Source: Flaccisagitta enflata
Taxonomy: Eukaryota
Assembly (NCBI GenBank): GCA_965153355.1
Contig: OZ231126.1
Coordinates: 35,402,001-35,466,000 of the forward strand
Length of the DNA stretch: 64,000 nucleotides
Reading direction: 5' to 3'
Positions 14,931 through 27,617 of this stretch are shown here, one piece after another. The notes beneath the pieces were generated by a model. It did no database searches. It saw only the letters and a list, made by a program, of their open reading frames with translations, and was not told the origin of the DNA. A program made the translations under genes and the position numbers. How positions within the stretch are numbered: the stretch's first letter is position 1; the number at the start of each line of letters is the position of its first letter.

Positions 14931-15304
14931 TAGGCTTTGAAATAATAATCAAAGGGAAAACAAGGCCAACACCTTACAGTCGCGTGCGGTTGTTGAGACC
15001 ATTAGACCAAAAGACTAAAAGACTAAAAGACTAAGAAACTAAAGGTAAAGTGACTTAAATTAACTTTAAATAACTTAAAATGACTTAAAATGGCGTAAAA
15101 AGACGGAAAAAAGCAAAAGGTTCCCTGTTCCTTTCTTTCTTGCTCTCTTCCTTTCTTTCTCCCTTTCTTACTTCAGAAGTACTAAATGATGATAATTTCT
15201 ACATTATTATTTTAAACAAATAAACCCAAACAAGAACCATAAAAGTACCAAAGGTCACACCCCTTTTCTTTTCTTCTTTTTTTCCTTTCTATTTTCCTCT
15301 TTCT

Positions 15305-15435
<131 letters not shown>

Positions 15436-15524
15436 CTCTTTCTTTCTCTCTTTCTTTCTTTTTCCTGTTTCCCGTTTTCTTTGTTTGTTTGCTTGTTTTT
15501 TTTTTCTTTCTTTATTAATTTTTC

Positions 15525-15691
<167 letters not shown>

Positions 15692-16241
15692 GTGTGTGTG
15701 TAAGTTAGTGCTTGAGTGTGTCTGAGTGTCTCAGTTTTTCTCTGCGTCTGTGTATTTCTTCGTGAGTGAGTGGGAGCGTGTGGGGGAAGGGGGGAAGTTC
15801 TCTTTGTGCTTGTCTGCAGGCGTAATTTTTCTGTAGTAGGCTTTTTCTGAAGTAGGCTTTTTCTGGAGCAGGCTTTTTCTGGAGTAGGCTAGGGATGTGG
15901 AAGCGGTCAATTTTCATGCCGCTTCCACCGCTTACGCTCCCGCTTCTGTGGTTCAAATACTAGTAGTTATCCCACCCACCAAAATGGTTCCACATCACTA
16001 GGAGTAAAAAGTAGCGCCGCCACTTGAAAGCATGTGAGCGTCTCCCGGAAGATCTTGGTAGAAGAAGAAGACAAAGAAGAAGAAAAAGAAAAAGAAAAAG
16101 AAAAAGAAGAAGAAGAAGAAGAAGAAGAAGAAGAAGAAGAAGAAGAAGAAGAAGAAGCAGAAGAAGAAGAAGAAGAAGAAGAAGAACAAGAACAAGAAGA
16201 AGAAGAAGAAGAAGAAGGGTAAGAAGAAGAAAGTTGAGTTA

Positions 16242-16296
16242 CCAATAAAGGCGGCTAATCGCCGTAGGAAAAAAGTCGTAAATGCTGAGAGAAAAA

Positions 16297-16383
<87 letters not shown>

Positions 16384-16907
16384 GGACAGACAGATGGACT
16401 AACAGACAGAGAATGAGACAGAGAGAGAGAGACAGACAGAGAGAGAATGCTTTTTTTAAAGTTTTGACTTGATCACCATGGATAGACTGATGGACCAACA
16501 GACCAACAGATGGAGTGACGGACAGATGGACAAAGCCTCTTATAGATTCTACGACTAAAAGAGTGAGAGACTTTGCTGCCAGCATGCACAATCATCATCT
16601 GGGACAATTTGAAGTTCAAATAGACTTGAATACCTTAATTCCTCATTTTTAGGGAAAATGTGAAAAATGCGAAAAAATAAAAAAAGATTCAGAAAATCAT
16701 AGCTCCGAAACTATCGATCGCACAGAATTCTGCTTGGCGTCATCTGAAAGAGGAGATTTAGCTCTTTCTTAGCTATTAATTTCATGCGTAGTGTCATTCG
16801 GCCCAAAAAGCACATCAACTTCCTCAAACTCCCCATGAAAGAAAGGGAAAATCGATTTCCGCCGTAGGTCTCAAAAAGCCGAAGGTATTCTTCGACTTTT
16901 TTCCAAA
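16242..16907 (-). mobile_element. Helitron-like subfamily B
   Basis: A|TTTGGAAAAAAGTCGAAG hairpin end; 3' CGACTTTTTTCCTACGGCGATTAGCCGCCTTTATTGG|T. Confidence 0.78.
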
Positions 16908-17130
16908 TGATTTTTTTAATGTTTTTGTATATAAAAATTGAATCAATTTTTTTTAAAATTGTATCAATGACCCAAGTCTCAAGCACGCAAGTAACAAAAG
17001 GTATGGAACTATGTATATGAGCATATCTGATCATTCATAGTGAAGGTAGCTAAAGCCTTTTTGGGCTCTTTTTAGGTGGTTAAAGGCTGAATATGGCGAT
17101 TCTTTTTGACTCGCCTGATCAGGCTTTTGG

Positions 17131-17485
17131 TAGGCCTGATTTTAGAGCGAGCCCGCGAACCCGATGCTCTCTGTTTTGCTCTTGGGCTCTCATAATTCGC
17201 GAGCTCTGAGCCCGGCAGGCTCTCTCTCATTGGGATCGATTTGAAGCGCGCCCAAGCTGACGGAGTAAAACAGCTAATATTTTGAGTATAATGAATTATA
17301 CAATGAGTGATTATAATATCATTACATCATCTAATCAGTAAATATTATTACAGATAAAGGCTGATATCATATGAAAATTTGGCAAAACAGTTTATAACTG
17401 GCTTATGGTATTCCCGTCGGGCTCTGTTAAAATGTGGGAAGCGAGCCTGACTGGCTCAGTCAAAAAATAACTAAAATCAGGCCTG
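17131..17485. mobile_element. hAT-like MITE related to 25434-26194
   Basis: TIR YAGGCCTGATTTTAG; shared GAGCCCG subterminal motifs; TSD degenerate. Confidence 0.6.
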
Positions 17486-18277
17486 GATATTGGTCCACAG
17501 GTACAAGGAGGAATTACATGCTGCTCGGAAGGAAAGTTTTTCAGATTGTGATTGATGGAAAACTAGGAGTGGTGCGCGTATTAACTAGTCAGTAAGGGTT
17601 CACAAGGCCCTCTTCCATTTATTTCAGTTTGTGTATAGTGAGGGATATTGTTCCACTTTTCATACACGTCCTATCATTTTTGCATTATGCGCGTATTAAG
17701 CCCTGATTGCATGTAAGGCGCTGGCATAAGTTGAACCGGACTGAGCTTTCCCAGATATTGTAATAGAATGGTCTAGTTTTCATATGTAGGCAAAAGTGGC
17801 TTTTTCTGACGGGTTGTTTTTTCAGATGCATTTTTAGGCATTTCATTTTCCTCATATCTTTAACGATATTTTTTGTATTTGTTTGAAAACATTCAGTGAG
17901 ACTTTTGTAGTGGTAAAAATTTTTCTTGAGGCATACCACTCATGTGGGATGGAAATGCCCACAAATGGACGCAGATAAAATGACAACTTGCTCCATCAAA
18001 CGCCGATCGGGAATTTAGGAAACTCTTTCGACCGTTTTAACTATTAAAGAATCTCAAGAAGGAATTGCCATGCAGGTAATGAAAGGACCCGAAGTGTTTC
18101 TGCACCTTTACATCCTCTAAAAAGGATCAGGACTACTGTATATCAGTGTATGTAAATAAACACCGTTTTCTCAGTCGGTCAGGAGAAGCTCTTCAGAGGT
18201 CGCGATTGGAACGTCGAAGTCAGTTGGAGGGCAATCGTCTACTTCTGTCCGACCCGAACAGTTGAGCAGTTAACTTC

Positions 18278-18349
<72 letters not shown>

Positions 18350-18353
<4 letters not shown>

Positions 18354-18556
18354 ATTGATTGATTTTAATGCTCATAATGTGAAATTTACACATCAACAAT
18401 AGAATTGTTAGAGCAGTACAATTGTACCAAAATAAATAATTCAATACATCAATAAATAAGCACTTCAGAATAGGATTTCTAAATGGGTAATAATTATTTG
18501 GGAACCGTCCAGCCTACTGCCCGTATGTTTTTACATTTTGATATTTTGTATACATT

Positions 18557-18621
<65 letters not shown>

Positions 18622-18950
18622 ATGGGACTGGACGGGCATACATACGGGCGTTTATTTCATTAAATGTTCATTGTTCCATAGCCATTTTTCGTGTTCCATG
18701 TTTGTTCAATATGTGGTAATATGTTATCTAGTACAAGAGGATCACTTGAGTAAACTAGTTCAAACGGTATTCTTTCATCATCTGCATCATCGCTATTATT
18801 GCCCCATTTGGGACAGAAATTCATTCGATGGTTTTCATCATCTAGGCAATCGCATGTATCACATGTGTTATTCAATGTACCACCGAAATTTTTCCCGCAT
18901 TGTAGCATACCATAACGGGCCATCATTAAAGTTCTCGTCTCGCTTTTACT

Positions 18951-18953
<3 letters not shown>
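18350..18953 (-). mobile_element. 5'-truncated non-LTR retrotransposon (LINE) 3' end
   Basis: ORF end with CxxC...HxxxxC zinc knuckle (CDTCDCLDDENHRMNFCPKW), stop at 18660, 3' UTR and (ATCA)n tail, embedded in (GA)n. Confidence 0.75.
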
Positions 18954-19008
<55 letters not shown>

Positions 19009-19150
19009 ACATGTAACTTAACAATGACACGCAAACACAAGTACAAGCGCGTATGCTTGCACTGACAGACAAGCACAAGGCAGCCAAACAGAGACAAAGC
19101 TCCCGATAAGGGGCGTGTATGTATTGTTTCTGATGGGATATGTATTGCAG

Positions 19151-19203
19151 GTCGACTGACGTTGCGTGTGAAGTTCGAAGTGTAATCTCCGGAATTTCCA
19201 AAC
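19151..19203 (+). other. Candidate upstream (probably 5' UTR) exon of the MARCHF5-like gene
   Basis: Acceptor gtattgcag| and strong donor |GTGAGT around a 53-nt non-repeat island 2.1 kb upstream of the RING exons. Confidence 0.4.
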
Positions 19204-19667
19204 GTGAGTTGAGAGAACGGGAAACAAAATCGTACGAATTGATTAATGATTAAATCTTGAGAGACATTCAGTCTTTTAGCGACTACTTTCAGCTCTAGAC
19301 TCTGTCATGGCAAAATCTACGTCGTCAATCGTGTTGCAAAGGTTGCCATCGGCTGACATAAACCGGAGGTAACTTGATGGTTTGAGTGTTGTTTTTGTTA
19401 CTTTTTTATTGGGTTTGAAATGCCTCATCGCGATACGTCGTGGTGCAGAACAGCGTCAAATTTGACAAATCGTTCTGTTCTGTGATGGAATACGCTGCTA
19501 TGCAGCGGAAATATAACAAAAACTAAAGTCTTATGCATGCTTGATACTCCCTAAATTAATTAAAAACCGGTTAACTGACCAATGGTATCAATCTCGCATT
19601 GGTAAAGTCGCAGCATACTTAGTGAAACAACAGAATTCTTTAAAAATAATTGCACGGAAAACATGAG

Positions 19668-19825
19668 ATGTTGCCACGTGAAAAACCGAATCTGTCTCTG
19701 AATGCAAAATTTTGCATTTCTAAACACATGGCCTGTTTCTTAAAAGTGTTTAGACTGATGCCATGTTTTTCAAAATGCAAAATTTTGAATGCAGAGACAG
19801 ATTCGGTTTTTCACGCGAGACATGT
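19668..19825. mobile_element. Small fold-back MITE
   Basis: GTGAAAAACCGAATCTGTCTCTG and its reverse complement as arms. Confidence 0.7.
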
Positions 19826-20954
19826 CAATGCACAAGAATCGATTTTTATTAAAAATCCATCAATTTTGCATCCTTTTTTCTCACATTTCCTAAACATATG
19901 GTACAGAAAAACGTTTTCTATGCAAAAAATTGATGATCACCAACCACAAATCCTTTATCTCAATAGAAAATCCTTGAATATATAGAAAAAAAAAAATATC
20001 ATATAAATCGTTTTGACTTGTCAAATTTTGTATTCGTTTGCACTGTGACATACCGAGCCTGCGATGACGCATGCTTTTACCCCTTCGGCCTGGTCCGAGC
20101 TTCCGTCCGAGTCTATACGACACGGTTCTTTCGAGCACGCAATTTCCTTGCCACTTTAGTTAACATACTACATGATAAGTTTGTATTCATAATATTTCTT
20201 CCTTGTGCTGATTTGGAACAACAACTGCATCAATACGCTTTTTCAACCATCATTTGTGGGGAAAATATGTTTAATCAACAATATATGTACAGAAAAGAAA
20301 TGGATTAGGAAATCGTCTTACTGAAAACTGAGTGATAAAATTTTTGAGAGAATCCCACAGAAAACTCTTAATCTGCTTCCAAACGAACTTTTTTGCATTT
20401 CCAAGAACATGGCTTCCTTCCTATGTGTCTTTGGAGGAGGGCCATGTTTCTAGTTTTTTGAATTTCTCATTTTCTATGCAAATTAAAAGTTTTCCGTGGG
20501 GCCTTATATAGTGATAAAAAAGAATTTTCTTCAGAAAATGTATGATTTTTTGTTGCATATTGGTACATTTCATACTGTTCAAGTCATCCCTATGAAATTT
20601 CCATGCAAATTCTTAACGAGTGTGCACTTCCACATATTATAAACACATCGATGGAAGTGTCTGAGCGATTCTTCTTTTGAGTAAAAAACTGGCTGCGGCA
20701 GTGAAAATCGCGAATTTCCGGAGACCGTGTCATACGCATGGATGATGGGAAGCTCCGAAATTCGCCGCGTCTACATGCACAATTGCACAATTGCATTACA
20801 CGACCGAGTCAGTATTACGACCGACTTAAATAGAAAATCAATACTGTAAAAACATTAAAACTTTTTTTCACTTTTTGCATCATTCATGAATGAAAATCTT
20901 CCATTTGAAGACTTTTTGGTTATGTTTCAAAACAAACTCAGCTGAATTTTTCTC

Positions 20955-21129
20955 TTTTTAGTCGCGGACTAGCGACTCTATAAGAGGCTTTGTCCGTCCG
21001 TCCATCGGTCGGTCGGTTGGTTGGTTGGTTGGTTGGTCCGTGGTGATCGAGTTTGAAAGTGTGAAAACGCGCATTTCCGCCCCTGCCCACCCGTCCGCGA
21101 CTGGTGTTGGCCGTGTATCCGGCCTTGTT
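20955..21129 (+). mobile_element. Short HINE-like element, AGTCGCG variant
   Basis: Head AGTCGCGGACTAGCGACT, tail CCGCGACT + GGCCG...CGGCC; empty-site paralog near 23580. Confidence 0.8.
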
Positions 21130-21311
21130 AAACTGTTGTTCAAAGAAGTTTTCAATTTCTTCAACCTAGAATCACTCTCAATCCAAGTCCGACTTGACTT
21201 TCTAGACCGACTTTTACCACGTCCATGGACGTGGTGGACGTGGCGTCTCCTACATCCATGTCTTAAATATTACTTCGCCAACTAAACGTGTCTGTTTTTA
21301 CCATGTAGCCG

Positions 21312-21346
21312 ATGTTAAATGGTCCTTTCAGTCCGTCAGGTGATCG
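21312..21346 (+). CDS. MARCHF5: MARCHF5-like exon 1 (MLNGPFSPSGD-R)
   Basis: Acceptor atgtag| at 21309, ATG at 21312, donor CG|GTTGGT, 68-nt intron; gives DRCWIC like MARCH5 DRSCWVC. An alternative frame and donor at 21340 is also possible. Confidence 0.55.
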
Positions 21347-21414
21347 GTTGGTCTGTCAATTTTTCACGCTCATCTCCGCGGGCCCCGTTGTGGCCAATAA
21401 TACCTTATTTCTAG

Positions 21415-21516
21415 ATGTTGGATTTGTTACGCGAGTGAAAATGATGAAGACGCACCGGAGGACGAACTCGTGAATCCCTGCGGATGTAAAGGATCCACCA
21501 AATGGGTGCATCAAAT
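21415..21516 (+). CDS. MARCHF5: MARCHF5-like exon 2, RING-CH first half (CWICYASENDEDAPEDELVNPCGCKGSTKWVHQ)
   Basis: Acceptor tttctag|, donor |GTAAGC; CxxC...PCxCxGSTKWVHQ is the MARCH5-type RING-CH signature; missed by the ORF track. Confidence 0.92.
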
Positions 21517-21548
21517 GTAAGCAACAGTTACGTAACCGAACTGCATGA

Positions 21549-21599
<51 letters not shown>

Positions 21600-21603
21600 G
21601 GTG

Positions 21604-21884
<281 letters not shown>

Positions 21885-22009
21885 ACGTGTATGTGTGTGT
21901 GCTCGTGTTTGTGCGCGCGCGTGCCTGTGTGTGTCGATAACGCAGCGCCCTTCACAAGGATGCCGCATCGTATATGTAGTATCATCATGTCCTTATTTGC
22001 TCTTGTTAG

Positions 22010-22150
22010 GTGCATCAACCAGTGGATAGACGAGGTCCAAGGGGGCAACGCGTCCAAGGAGATTCGTTGTCCATATTGCACCAACTACTTTTCCTTCGAA
22101 TTTCCGACGCCGTCCATGTTTATTCGTTGTCTCTCAAATCTCGACGCTTG
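22010..22150 (+). CDS. MARCHF5: MARCHF5-like exon 3, RING-CH second half (CINQWIDEVQGGNASKEIRCPYCTNYFSFEFP...)
   Basis: Acceptor ttgttag|, donor TG|GTAAGA; resembles MARCH5 CLQRWVDEKQRGNSTARVACPQCNAEYLIVFP. Confidence 0.92.
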
Positions 22151-22328
22151 GTAAGAACACGATGCCTTAAAAGGCAAAAAAAAAAAAGCGCATCTTTTTA
22201 GTTGCTGTTGTACACAAGATTATGGTAATACGCAAATGGTAATGCGAATTAAGCCTTTATAGAAGGCATTGTCCGTCCCATTCAATTGTTACCTAATACC
22301 CGCTTTCACCGCATCTTGTTCCCTTCAG

Positions 22329-22492
22329 TTACACTGGGTTTTGCAATTCGGTGATGTCCGGTCAGTGGTTCAGTTTGTTGGGTTTCACCGCCATCGCCAC
22401 CAGCGCCACTAACATTTTCAAACTGCAATTGAAGGAAGTCATCTCTTTGCTGAAGAAAGGCTCTGACTCCACGCCACGCCAACTGGCGCTTG
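22329..22492 (+). CDS. MARCHF5: MARCHF5-like exon 4 (TM1 region)
   Basis: Acceptor cccttcag|, donor G|GTGAGT, open frame, phase-compatible 2-1. Confidence 0.8.
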
Positions 22493-22552
22493 GTGAGTCT
22501 GTTATGAGTTTATGCGCTGCGTACATTATTAATTTGGAAAAAAGATTATTAA

Positions 22553-22900
22553 TTTGGAAAAAAGTCTTTTTGAGTTCCGTGAAAAAAAGCGGTTTTCCTT
22601 TTTTTTATGGTTTTTTTGAAGGGGGGCCAAATGGGACTTCAGATGAAATTGATAGCTAAGAAAAAACTAAATCTCCTCTTTCAGATGACGCCAAGCAGAA
22701 TTCTGTGCAATCGATAATTTTGGAGCTATGATTTTTTTAATCTTTTTTTATTTTTTTCGCATTTTTTCCATTTTTTCCCAAATATCAATATTTTTCATTG
22801 GTCCTAATTTTGGGCCCTAAGTAACATAAAAAAAGAGTCAGGATAACGCGAGCTTTTGAATCACCCGCATTTAACCCTGCTCTCTCTGTCTGTCTGTCTT

Positions 22901-22953
<53 letters not shown>

Positions 22954-22998
22954 GTCTGTCTTTCTGTCTGTCTGTCTTTCTTTGTTTCTTTCTTTCTT

Positions 22999-23061
<63 letters not shown>

Positions 23062-23070
23062 TTCTGTCAC

Positions 23071-23168
<98 letters not shown>

Positions 23169-23221
23169 TTTCTCCCGGCATTTACGACTTTTTTCCTACG
23201 GCGATTAGCCGCCTTTATTGG
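22553..23221 (+). mobile_element. Helitron-like subfamily B in a MARCHF5 intron
   Basis: Same 3' end and internal core as the 16242-16907 copy; 5' hairpin deleted. Confidence 0.78.
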
Positions 23222-23894
23222 TAAACAAGTGCCGTCAGCTTTTTCGGATTTCGTATGACATGCAACAAGAAACCACAACCCCCAGAGCATGACGCTAGTT
23301 GACCTGAAATGATCGACAACAACTGAAGTAGTTTCATGACCCAAATGGTGCATAGAATACCTTCTATGCACCATCTATCTTATCTTTAAAAAAAATGAAA
23401 TCTTTTTAGGGGCGCTTTTTAAGATCTTTTAAAAAATAGTACTAATAGATCAAGACCGACTTGTATGACAAGTGAAAACTGTGAAAAAAACTTATTTCTT
23501 TTACTTTTTGCATCATTTATGAATGAAAATCTTTTATCCAAAGATATTTTGTTCTATTCTAAACAAACTCTGCTGAATTTTTCTCTTTCTAAGCTGTTTT
23601 TCTTATATATCAACCTAAAATCACTCCTAATTCAAGACCGACTTAGTTTTCAAGACCAACTTTTACCACGTCCATGGACGTGGTGGACGTGGCGTCCCCT
23701 ACATCCATGATTCTTTGTGATTAGCTTTTTCAATAATTTTGGGTGCCGATTTAGATAATAGTTTCCAGTTTGTTTGATATGTCACACTATATAAAAGAAA
23801 TAACAACTCATTTTTTGGTCAGATTACTATAAAACAATAAAAAAAAACAATGTCAAAATAGCAAAATTAACTTTTGATTTCTTTTGCAAAAGTA

Positions 23895-24388
23895 CAGTAG
23901 ATGTCGTCTATACTTGGAAATACAGGGGCCCTCATATCGTTACTACCATTTGAGCCAATGAAATGAAACTATGTGTGTATAATACTTATGTCCTATAGGG
24001 TTGATAATGGGGTATAGCAGCTCTGTGGATACCAAATTCTTTTGAATATACTAAATCATATTAGCTCTATTGGAACAGCTTTCGGTTTAGTGGTCAATTC
24101 ACTTACGTCAGATTTATCATGAACGGTTTATTTCTTTAAAGGTTCCAGGTTGGAATCCCAGGCTGGTTTTGCAATTAAAGCAAATAGATGAAGCTGAAAT
24201 TCTGCCATAAAATAGATTGATCCTAATGTTTTATATTAAAAGTTTTTTTTGTAAGGTATGCCGTAGGGGGATGCCATACCCCATCATCAACCCCTTAGGG
24301 TCTATACATTAAAATATTAGTCCCCTCATTGTACTTATACTGAGGTTATAAGCTCCTCCGTATTTTCAAGTCTAGACGACATCTGCTG
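23895..24388. mobile_element. pogo/Tc1-type MITE nested in an older fold-back element (about 23345-24565)
   Basis: TA|CAGTAGATGTCGTCTA...TAGACGACATCTGCTG|TA. Confidence 0.75.
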
Positions 24389-24680
24389 TACATAGTGTGG
24401 CATATCAAGCAAACCGGAAACCATTATCTCAGATCAAATCAGCATACAAAATTAGTGGAGAACTCAATCACAAATAGTTATTTTAAAAAATGTGCAAAAA
24501 TAGTACTTTTTTTTAGATATTTAAAAAAAAAAAACATTTTTCTTAGATATGTGTTACATGCACCATAACGGTCCTGAAACTGTCTGGGTTGGTGCCGATC
24601 ATTTCAGGTCAACTAGCGCCTCTTAGCGGCTGTGTAACCCGGTTTTACCTTCTCTCTGTCTCTCTCTCTCTCTGTCTCTC

Positions 24681-24774
<94 letters not shown>

Positions 24775-24775
24775 G

Positions 24776-24981
24776 CCATGGGCTTGCAGATGGTTGTGCC
24801 TACAAGCCTCATTCTTCTCGAACAGCAGTTTTCGTGTCTTGAAGACCGAATGGCTCGTTTACTTCCCACCAGCGCTCCGTCGACGATGAATCTTCGCGCG
24901 ACTGCACCTCCTCACGCCGAGGAGGATGACGATGGCATCGATAATCTCCATCAAGTCATCGGTGCGCTTCTTTTCCCGGTG
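24776..24981 (+). CDS. MARCHF5: MARCHF5-like exon 5 (MGLQMVVPTSLILL...QVIGALLFPV)
   Basis: Acceptor (CT)n-ccag|, donor |GTGCGT; IGALLFP resembles MARCH5 CGALVFP. Confidence 0.85.
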
Positions 24982-25017
24982 GTGCGTGAAAAAAACCATC
25001 GTCGAGCCGAATCTAAT

Positions 25018-26590
25018 GGCAATTTCTCCTATAAAGTGGGCCAGCTGAAAAACATGATTTGGTAGGCAAAAAAACACAATTCCCTCCCACCAATCATTTT
25101 GCCGATGATGATAGCTATTCTGAGACATCCCCTGGGACCAAGTGCTCAACATACATGCTTCATACTCAATATTTTGATAGGTTGGGTGGCCAAAAGTAGA
25201 GCCAAATAAGCCTATTTTTACAGTCACACTTATGTCACACTTCATATCTACTATGATAAAGACACCATGTAATTGTCAAGCCTATCCAATGATGGATCAT
25301 TTTTGTACCATTGCCATCCCTAAAGAAACACCAAAAATTTCATAGTGATTGGTGGTCATTTTCAATGGTAAAACTTTGCTCATAGTTGATTTGTCAAATA
25401 TGATAAAATGTTCAATCTTGATATAGTAATATGCAGGCCTTTTTTTAGAGCGTGCCCGGGAGCCCGATGCTCTCTATTTTGCTCCCGGGCACACAAAATT
25501 TGCTGGCAGAGAGCCCGGTATGCTCTCTCAATTTTTGCTGCATATTTTCTACTCCAGCTCATCTGGTTTAAATAACCTTATATTGGTGTACAACTTTCCA
25601 AAAATTGTGGATTTAAAAATATCCGGGTCGTCAAACAGCACAGATTTTTTGTAGTCGTATGCATTTTGCTAGCCCTGAGAAAGTTATGATTCCATGAAAA
25701 ATGGATTTGGCATTACATGATTGATGCTAAAAACGTTAAGACTATATACTATGCTTAAAATCACCTTTTTCTTTATGACATTGTTGATACTGAAAGAAAC
25801 TTTCTTTCATTTTGTAGTCGCATTCCTGCTAAAGAGATAAAAAAAATTATGGTGACCTAAAATTAGGTATACAGGCTCATTTTTAAATCAGCATTTTTAG
25901 TCGCGGACACAAGACTACACCCTGCTATGTTGGTCGGTCTGTCGGTCTGTCCCAGACATTTTTGAAATTGTCTTTTTTTTTCAATGTTTTAGTTCATTGA
26001 AAGGTATGTAGGTGTAAAACATTATTGTAGTTTAGTTTTTTTGCACTGTAGTATCGCCCCTGTCCAACCTTCCGCGACTTTTGCCCTGTTTTGGGCTTGT
26101 TTTACCGGGCTCTATGTTTTTCTGCCGGGCTCTCTGAAAATGTGAGGAGAGAGCCCGGAATGCTCTGCCAAAAAAATTGCTAAAAAAAGGCCTGGTAATA
26201 TGCCATACAAAAAAAAACATACTTTTAAGTGTGATGGAAAATTTCTTTTTTTCCCCCAAATAGTAAAGACATAACCCAGGTTAATGCCAAATTTCAGACC
26301 TTCATGTCATTCCTAGCCGGAGATATCGATTTTTAAAAAAAAATGTTCTATCGAGTTAACACCTTGTCACGCCTGTGTCACACTGTTTTTCATAAAAAAT
26401 CATATAACAAAACACAGTTTAAGACTTTAGGTGATTTTTTCAGTATGTCTTAAAAGAGTATCAAATTCTGAGCCTAGAACCAAAATTTCAAGCTAATAGA
26501 TGCAACTATCATTGAATTATGTTAATTTTTTCAATGTTTACACATTCAGCCACCCAATTTTTGCCGGCCCAGTTTATAGGAGAAATTGCC
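25018..26590. mobile_element. TIR element with 4-bp TAAT TSD (possibly Sola-type)
   Basis: TIR GGCAATTTCTCCTATAAA(G/C)TGGGCC; TAAT on both sides. Confidence 0.8.
25434..26194. mobile_element. hAT MITE nested in 25018-26590
   Basis: TIR CAGGCCTTTTTTTAG, perfect 8-bp TSD GTAATATG. Confidence 0.85.
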
Positions 26591-26730
26591 TAATAAAACT
26601 GGAAATAAGTTATGCATGGATGTTAATATTGAAGGCGCAATTACCCACACTTACCGCCTAATTTGATCTGTCTGAGCCATAGACCCGTAGTGCATAAACA
26701 AATGACGTAAGAAGTTGAAAACGCTTTCAG

Positions 26731-26810
26731 ATCGCGGACTCTGTCGGGAACACACTCTATGGATCAATTATTGATAACTCCTTTCGAAGATATCTGATGG
26801 GAAGTTTCAC
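26731..26810 (+). CDS. MARCHF5: MARCHF5-like exon 6 (IADSVGNTLYGSIIDNSFRRYLMGSF)
   Basis: Acceptor ctttcag|, donor AC|GTAAGT, phase 0-2; resembles IATIVGKLMFSSVNSNLQRTILGG. Confidence 0.85.
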
Positions 26811-27121
26811 GTAAGTTAGCATTCCATCGTCGGTCTTGAACTTGTTCCATCTTTTTAATTGCGTAGACGCGATTCTAACATACGAAAACTCGATCTGTGG
26901 GTAAATCAGTCCATCGCTATCAATAACACGCGCAATTGCTCTTTTGCTTTTCTCGACGAGTTTGCATTTCTGACCCTGCTCAACAAGCAAAAAAAGATTT
27001 TGCATCATTCCCAACCTGCCATTTGATATCGACCGCTTAATGGTCTTTGTATTCCAGTCTAATTGCCCACCCGCCTGTCTTTCTGTCTGTCTGTCTGTCT
27101 GTCTTTCTGTCTGTCTGTCTG

Positions 27122-27206
<85 letters not shown>

Positions 27207-27241
27207 TCAATTATTCATTCCATGTTTGCTCTTCTACCTAG

Positions 27242-27335
27242 GTACGTCATTTGTCGTAGTATTGTGAAGATATTTTACAAACGTGAACAAATGAATCTCC
27301 AGCGAAACCGTCGAGTGAAGAACCGCCACTTCTGA
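27242..27335 (+). CDS. MARCHF5: MARCHF5-like terminal exon (YVICRSIVKIFYKREQMNLQRNRRVKNRHF*)
   Basis: Acceptor ctacctag|, TGA at 27333-27335; resembles FVAIKGAFKVYFKQQQYLRQAHRKILNY; spliced CDS totals 822 nt (273 aa). Confidence 0.85.
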
Positions 27336-27495
27336 CATGACTGAAACTCTAACGGTCCCAAGATTTAGGCAATGTGATTTCTATGGGATAAGTTATATCT
27401 ATTCTGAAGTAAACGTTTTTAACCATGCATTCATACCTCGTACTTAGTACTTACACAAAGTAAAAGTCATAGCGTTACGCCGTATGGTGTGATTT

Positions 27496-27617
<122 letters not shown>

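Noticed and set aside
26757-27014. 85-aa minus-strand ORF
   Set aside because: Overlaps antisense a well-supported MARCHF5 exon and has no recognisable motif
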